Origin: Hemiscyllium ocellatum
Taxonomy: Eukaryota
DNA length: 64,000 nucleotides
NCBI RefSeq assembly: GCF_020745735.1
Contig: NC_083409.1
Location: 19,798,341 to 19,862,340, forward strand
Direction of reading: 5' to 3'
In this document: piece by piece, positions 60,000 to 64,000 of the stretch
Position numbering within the stretch: position 1 is the stretch's first letter
Layout of the letters: each line of letters begins with the position of its first letter
Notes under the pieces: model-generated
Told to the model about the DNA's origin: nothing
Seen by the model: the letters and a program-made list of their open reading frames with translations, nothing else
Database searches by the model: none
Translations under genes and position numbers: made by a program

Positions 60000-62900
60000 G
60001 AAAGTGATAGTGAAAGAGAAGGGACAGTTTTGGACCATCATTTTTGGAATGGATGTGAGCAGCTGGAAGGGCTATCAATGGGGGAGCATTTCAGTGACAG
60101 TGATCAGAACTCAGTGAGATTGAGAGTAGGGATGGAAATGGAGAACCACGGAACAAGTGTAAAAGTTTTTATTTGGGAACAAACCATTTTACTAAATAGG
60201 GCAGTGATTTGATAAAAGTAAGCTGAAAGACAAAATGCAGGGGTGAAATTTACCAGGACCTGAGGAAAGCAAAGAGCTGACAGGATGAATTGTGTCCAAA
60301 TGAAGTCAGTGAAATCCCAGTGATGTTTTATAATCACAGAAAGAACAAGAGAATGAAGGAATGTATGAGGCCCATTCGAGAGCAGGAAGGGAACTTGTCT
60401 GCGGGGGTGGAAGACGGAGCAATGGTTCCTCATGAAAACTTGTGGTCTGTTTTCACAAAAGAGAGGGACAAAGCAGGAACTGTAGTTCAGGAGGAGGACT
60501 GTGCAACATTGGAACGGCATCTTTCACATCTGAAAGACTCCCAGTTCATCCAAAGAAAAGAAAGATTCATGCTGTCCCCAAGACATTTGCAGACAGTGTG
60601 GGACTTGTTTGAAATGTGGTCACTGTTGTAATATAGGAAATGTGCAAGCCAGATTGTACACAGCAAGATCCCACAAGCAACAATGAACCAAGGAGCATTT
60701 TGAGTGATGTTTGTTCAGGGATAAATATCAGCCTAACGATGATTCAAAGAGAAAGTAACTGGAACAGTTGGATGGAAAATGAGAAAAATGAAAGTTAAAG
60801 GAGAAGGGAGAATTGCTGGTTAGCGATGGGATTCATTGTTACCAGGAAATAAAAGGAAAGGGACAGAGCGTTGTGAATGTCATATTGTACTGAGGAAACT
60901 TAAAAGTGCAGGGAAGGTTACTATAGAACAAGCTTAAAGGCTTTGTCTCTTAATGCATGACCCATTCGGAATATGGTCGACAAAGTGGTACCACACAAAC
61001 CAAGGTAAATCAAGCTTCAAGGAATTTAAACTAATTCAAGAAGGTAGGGGCTCAGGACACTTTATTAAAACATTCGGACCAAGTACTAGGATAGAGAGTA
61101 TAGAAAGGATGAGGAATTGAACTTGAGGCCCCGCAGGGTGGAATGGTGGATCAGTGGTTAGCACTGCTGTCTCACAGCTCCGGAGACACAGACTCAATTC
61201 CAACTGACTGTCTGAGTGGGGTTTACACATTCTCCCTGTGTCTATGTGAGTTTCCTCCCATTGTCACAAAGATGTGTAGGTTAGGAGGATTATCCATGGG
61301 AATTATAGGGTGGGTGGGATGCTTTTTGGAGGGTCAGTCTGGGCTGAATGGCCTGCCTCCACACTGTAGGGATTCTATGAATTCTAAAGGAGATAACTAT
61401 GAGAAGGAGACAGTCAATGCACCACTGCAGGTGTTGTACTTCAATGCATCAAGTATATGAAACAAGGTAAATGAGCCTGTAGCACAGGGACGTGGCTGCA
61501 AGGAGATCAGAGCTGGGAACTAAATATCCAAGGATACACATCCTATTGAAAGGAAATGCAAGGGGATAGAGGGTCAAGTGTGAAGGAGGAACTGAAGGTA
61601 ATCCTTGTTAGTCAGGAAATGGTCTTGGAGAAGCTGATGCTATCAAAACTTGATAAGTCCCTAGGGCCTGATGTTCTGCATCCCAGAGTCCTTAAGAAAG
61701 TAGGTCTAGAAATAGTGGACACATTGGTGATCATTTTCCAGCATTCTGTCGACACTGACAGAGTTCCAATGGACTAGACAGTATCCAATATAACCCCACT
61801 TTTTAATAAAAGGAACAAGAGTGAAAATGAGGAATTATACATGAGGAAAACGCTGGAGTCAGTTATTAAAGGTACAATAACCGAGCATTTGGAAAGCAAT
61901 GACAGGATCGGTCCAAATAAGCATGGATTTACGAAAGGGAAATTAGGGCTGACACATCTCCTGGAAGTTTTTGAGGATGTGATCAGTAGAGAGTGGACAA
62001 GGCTGAATCAGTGGACAACAAAAACAAAAAATGATGAAAAAGTTCAGCAGGTCTGGCAGCATCTGTGGAGAGCAATCGAAGTTAGTGTTTCGAATTGAGT
62101 GACCCTACTTCAGAACTCAGTGGACAGTGAGTATCTGGGCTTTCAAAAGGCTTTTGACAAGGTCCCATACAAGAGATTAGTGAGTTACATTAAGCCCCAT
62201 GGTATTGGATGTAATGTATTGTCATGGAGAGAGAACTCGTTGCCAGATAGAAAGCAGAGAGTTGGAATAAATGGGTCCCTTTCAGAGTGGCAGGCAGTGA
62301 TGAGTGGGGTACCACAGAGTTCAGTGCTGGGACCCCAGCTGTTCACAATACACATAAATGATATGGACAAAGGAATTGAATGCAATCCCTACAAACTTGC
62401 AGATGACATGAAGCTGGGTGGCAATGTATGTTGTGAGGAGGATGCTAAGAGGCTGCAGGGTGACTTGGACAGGCTGGCTGAGTGGGCATATACTTGGCAA
62501 GTGCAACATAATGTGGATAAATGTGGGATGATCCACTTTCGTGGTAAACAGATTATGAATGAATGGTGGACGTTTAGGAAAAGGTGAGGTGCAATGAGAG
62601 CTGGGTGTCATTGAAAGGGGGCATGCAGGTGCAGCAGGCAGTGAGGAAAGCTAATGGCATGTTGGCCTTCACAGTGTATTGGAGTAAGGATGTCTTGTAG
62701 ATTTATACAGGGCCTTGATGAGGCCTCACCTTGAGTATTGTGTGCAGTTTTGGTCTCCTAGTCTGAGGAAGGACATTCTTGCTATTGAGGGAATCCAGCG
62801 AAGGTTCACCAAACTGATTCCTGGGGCGGCAGGGCTGACATATGAGTAAAGATTGGATCGACTGGGCTTGTACTCACTGGGATTTAGAAGACTGAGAGGA

Positions 62901-64000
62901 ATCTCACGGAAACATATAAAATCCTGATGGGATTTGACAGGGTCGATGCTGGAAGAATATTCCCAACATTAGGAAAGTTCAGAACCAGGGGCCACTGTCT
63001 ACGATTAAGGGTTAAGTTATTCAGATGATGTGAACCTGTGGAATTCTCTACCATAGAAAGCTGGTGGGGCCAGTTTGTTAGATATATATCAAGAAGGACG
63101 TGGTCCTTGAGGATGAAGGGATTTATGGGTATAGGGGGAAGGTGGGAATGGGAAACTGAGATTACATAATCAGCCATGATCATATTGAACGGTGGTGCAT
63201 GTTCAAAGGGCTGAATAGCCTGTTCCTGCAGCTATTTTCTATATTTCTATGTTTCTAATGATAGGTAGATGTGTGAGGGGTGTGGGGATGGGGCGTGCGA
63301 GGAAAAAGTTTATCTTGTCAGGAAGAACTGAAATTCATCGATAGCAAGAGGAAATATTGAGTGGGAATGCATAGAATCTGTGTGAGTCAACTTAAGAAAC
63401 CACAAAGGAACAAAGACCCTGATGGGAGTGATGTACCAGCCTCCGTGCAGTAGTCAGGATGTGGATCAGAAAATAAATCAGGAGATAGAAGAGGCATATA
63501 AGAAAGGGATTATAACAATAATCATGGGGACTGCAATATGCAGGTGGACTGGGAAAGTCAGGGTGGGAATGGATCTCAAGGAAAGGAATTCATAGAATGT
63601 CTGCGAGAGGCTTTTTTTGGAGCAGTTTGTGGTAGAGCCACAAGGAAACAGGTAATTCTGGATTTGTTAATGTGTAATGAGGTAGCTCTGATTGGGGAGC
63701 TGAAGGTGAGTGAACCCTGAGGGGGCAGTGACCACGATATGATAGAATTCACCCTGCAGTTCAAGACGGAGAAGCTGGAATTCTATGTAATAAGAGGAGT
63801 TAATGAGCAAGTTAGACAAAGGAGAGCCAATGGACATGATCTATTTGGATTTGCAGAAGGCCTTTGACAAGTTGCCACACAGGAGGCTGCTAAATAACAT
63901 AAGAGCCCATGGGGTTTGGGGTCCTCTACTGACATGGGTAGAGAGTGAGAATAAATGGATCTTTTGCAGGATGGCAGCTGGTGCCTCATGCAGTTCAGCA
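60000..64000 (+). mobile_element. Stacked CR1 fragments in the C2 upstream intron, with an HE1 SINE (~61135-61382) and a 99-bp Penelope-end insertion (62018-62116)
   Basis: GPDVLHPRVLK, FQKAFDKVP, SGVPQSSVLGPQLF, KLADDMKLGG motifs. Confidence 0.8.

Noticed and set aside
59795-64000. V or J segments for C2
   Set aside because: No FGXG, YYC or RSS motif seen; the region is CR1/SINE debris, and cluster 1's 9.2-kb J-C intron suggests they lie outside the window.

Overview
Cartilaginous-fish (shark) genomic DNA from an immunoglobulin kappa-type light-chain locus (the nurse-shark NS4/type III class), embedded in dense retroelement debris: CR1 and L2 LINEs, HE1-type and a second tRNA-derived SINE family, Penelope-like elements and a Gmr1-like Gypsy remnant. 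One complete, apparently functional, unrearranged minicluster lies on +: promoter, leader 25950-25998, V 26185-26483 with a consensus 12-RSS, J 26975-27009 with a consensus 23-RSS, C 36208-36536 and poly(A) signals. A second intact C exon lies on - (59466-59794), tail-to-tail with the first; its V-J would be beyond the right edge. The first ~3 kb of the window is an inverted paralogue of 19190-21423, which implies a third, head-to-head cluster just left of the window. The best-conserved part of that duplication (~94% over 160 bp) carries a PU.1/IRF composite motif, a candidate upstream enhancer. Other notable signals: a perfect octamer plus E-boxes in the V-J spacer, three orphan RSS heptamers just 3' of J, and about 15 minimal hammerhead-ribozyme motifs of three Penelope families. 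Several of these sit in 99-137 bp insertions with target-site duplications or in palindromic dimers. Transposon boundaries are approximate and all alignments were done by eye.
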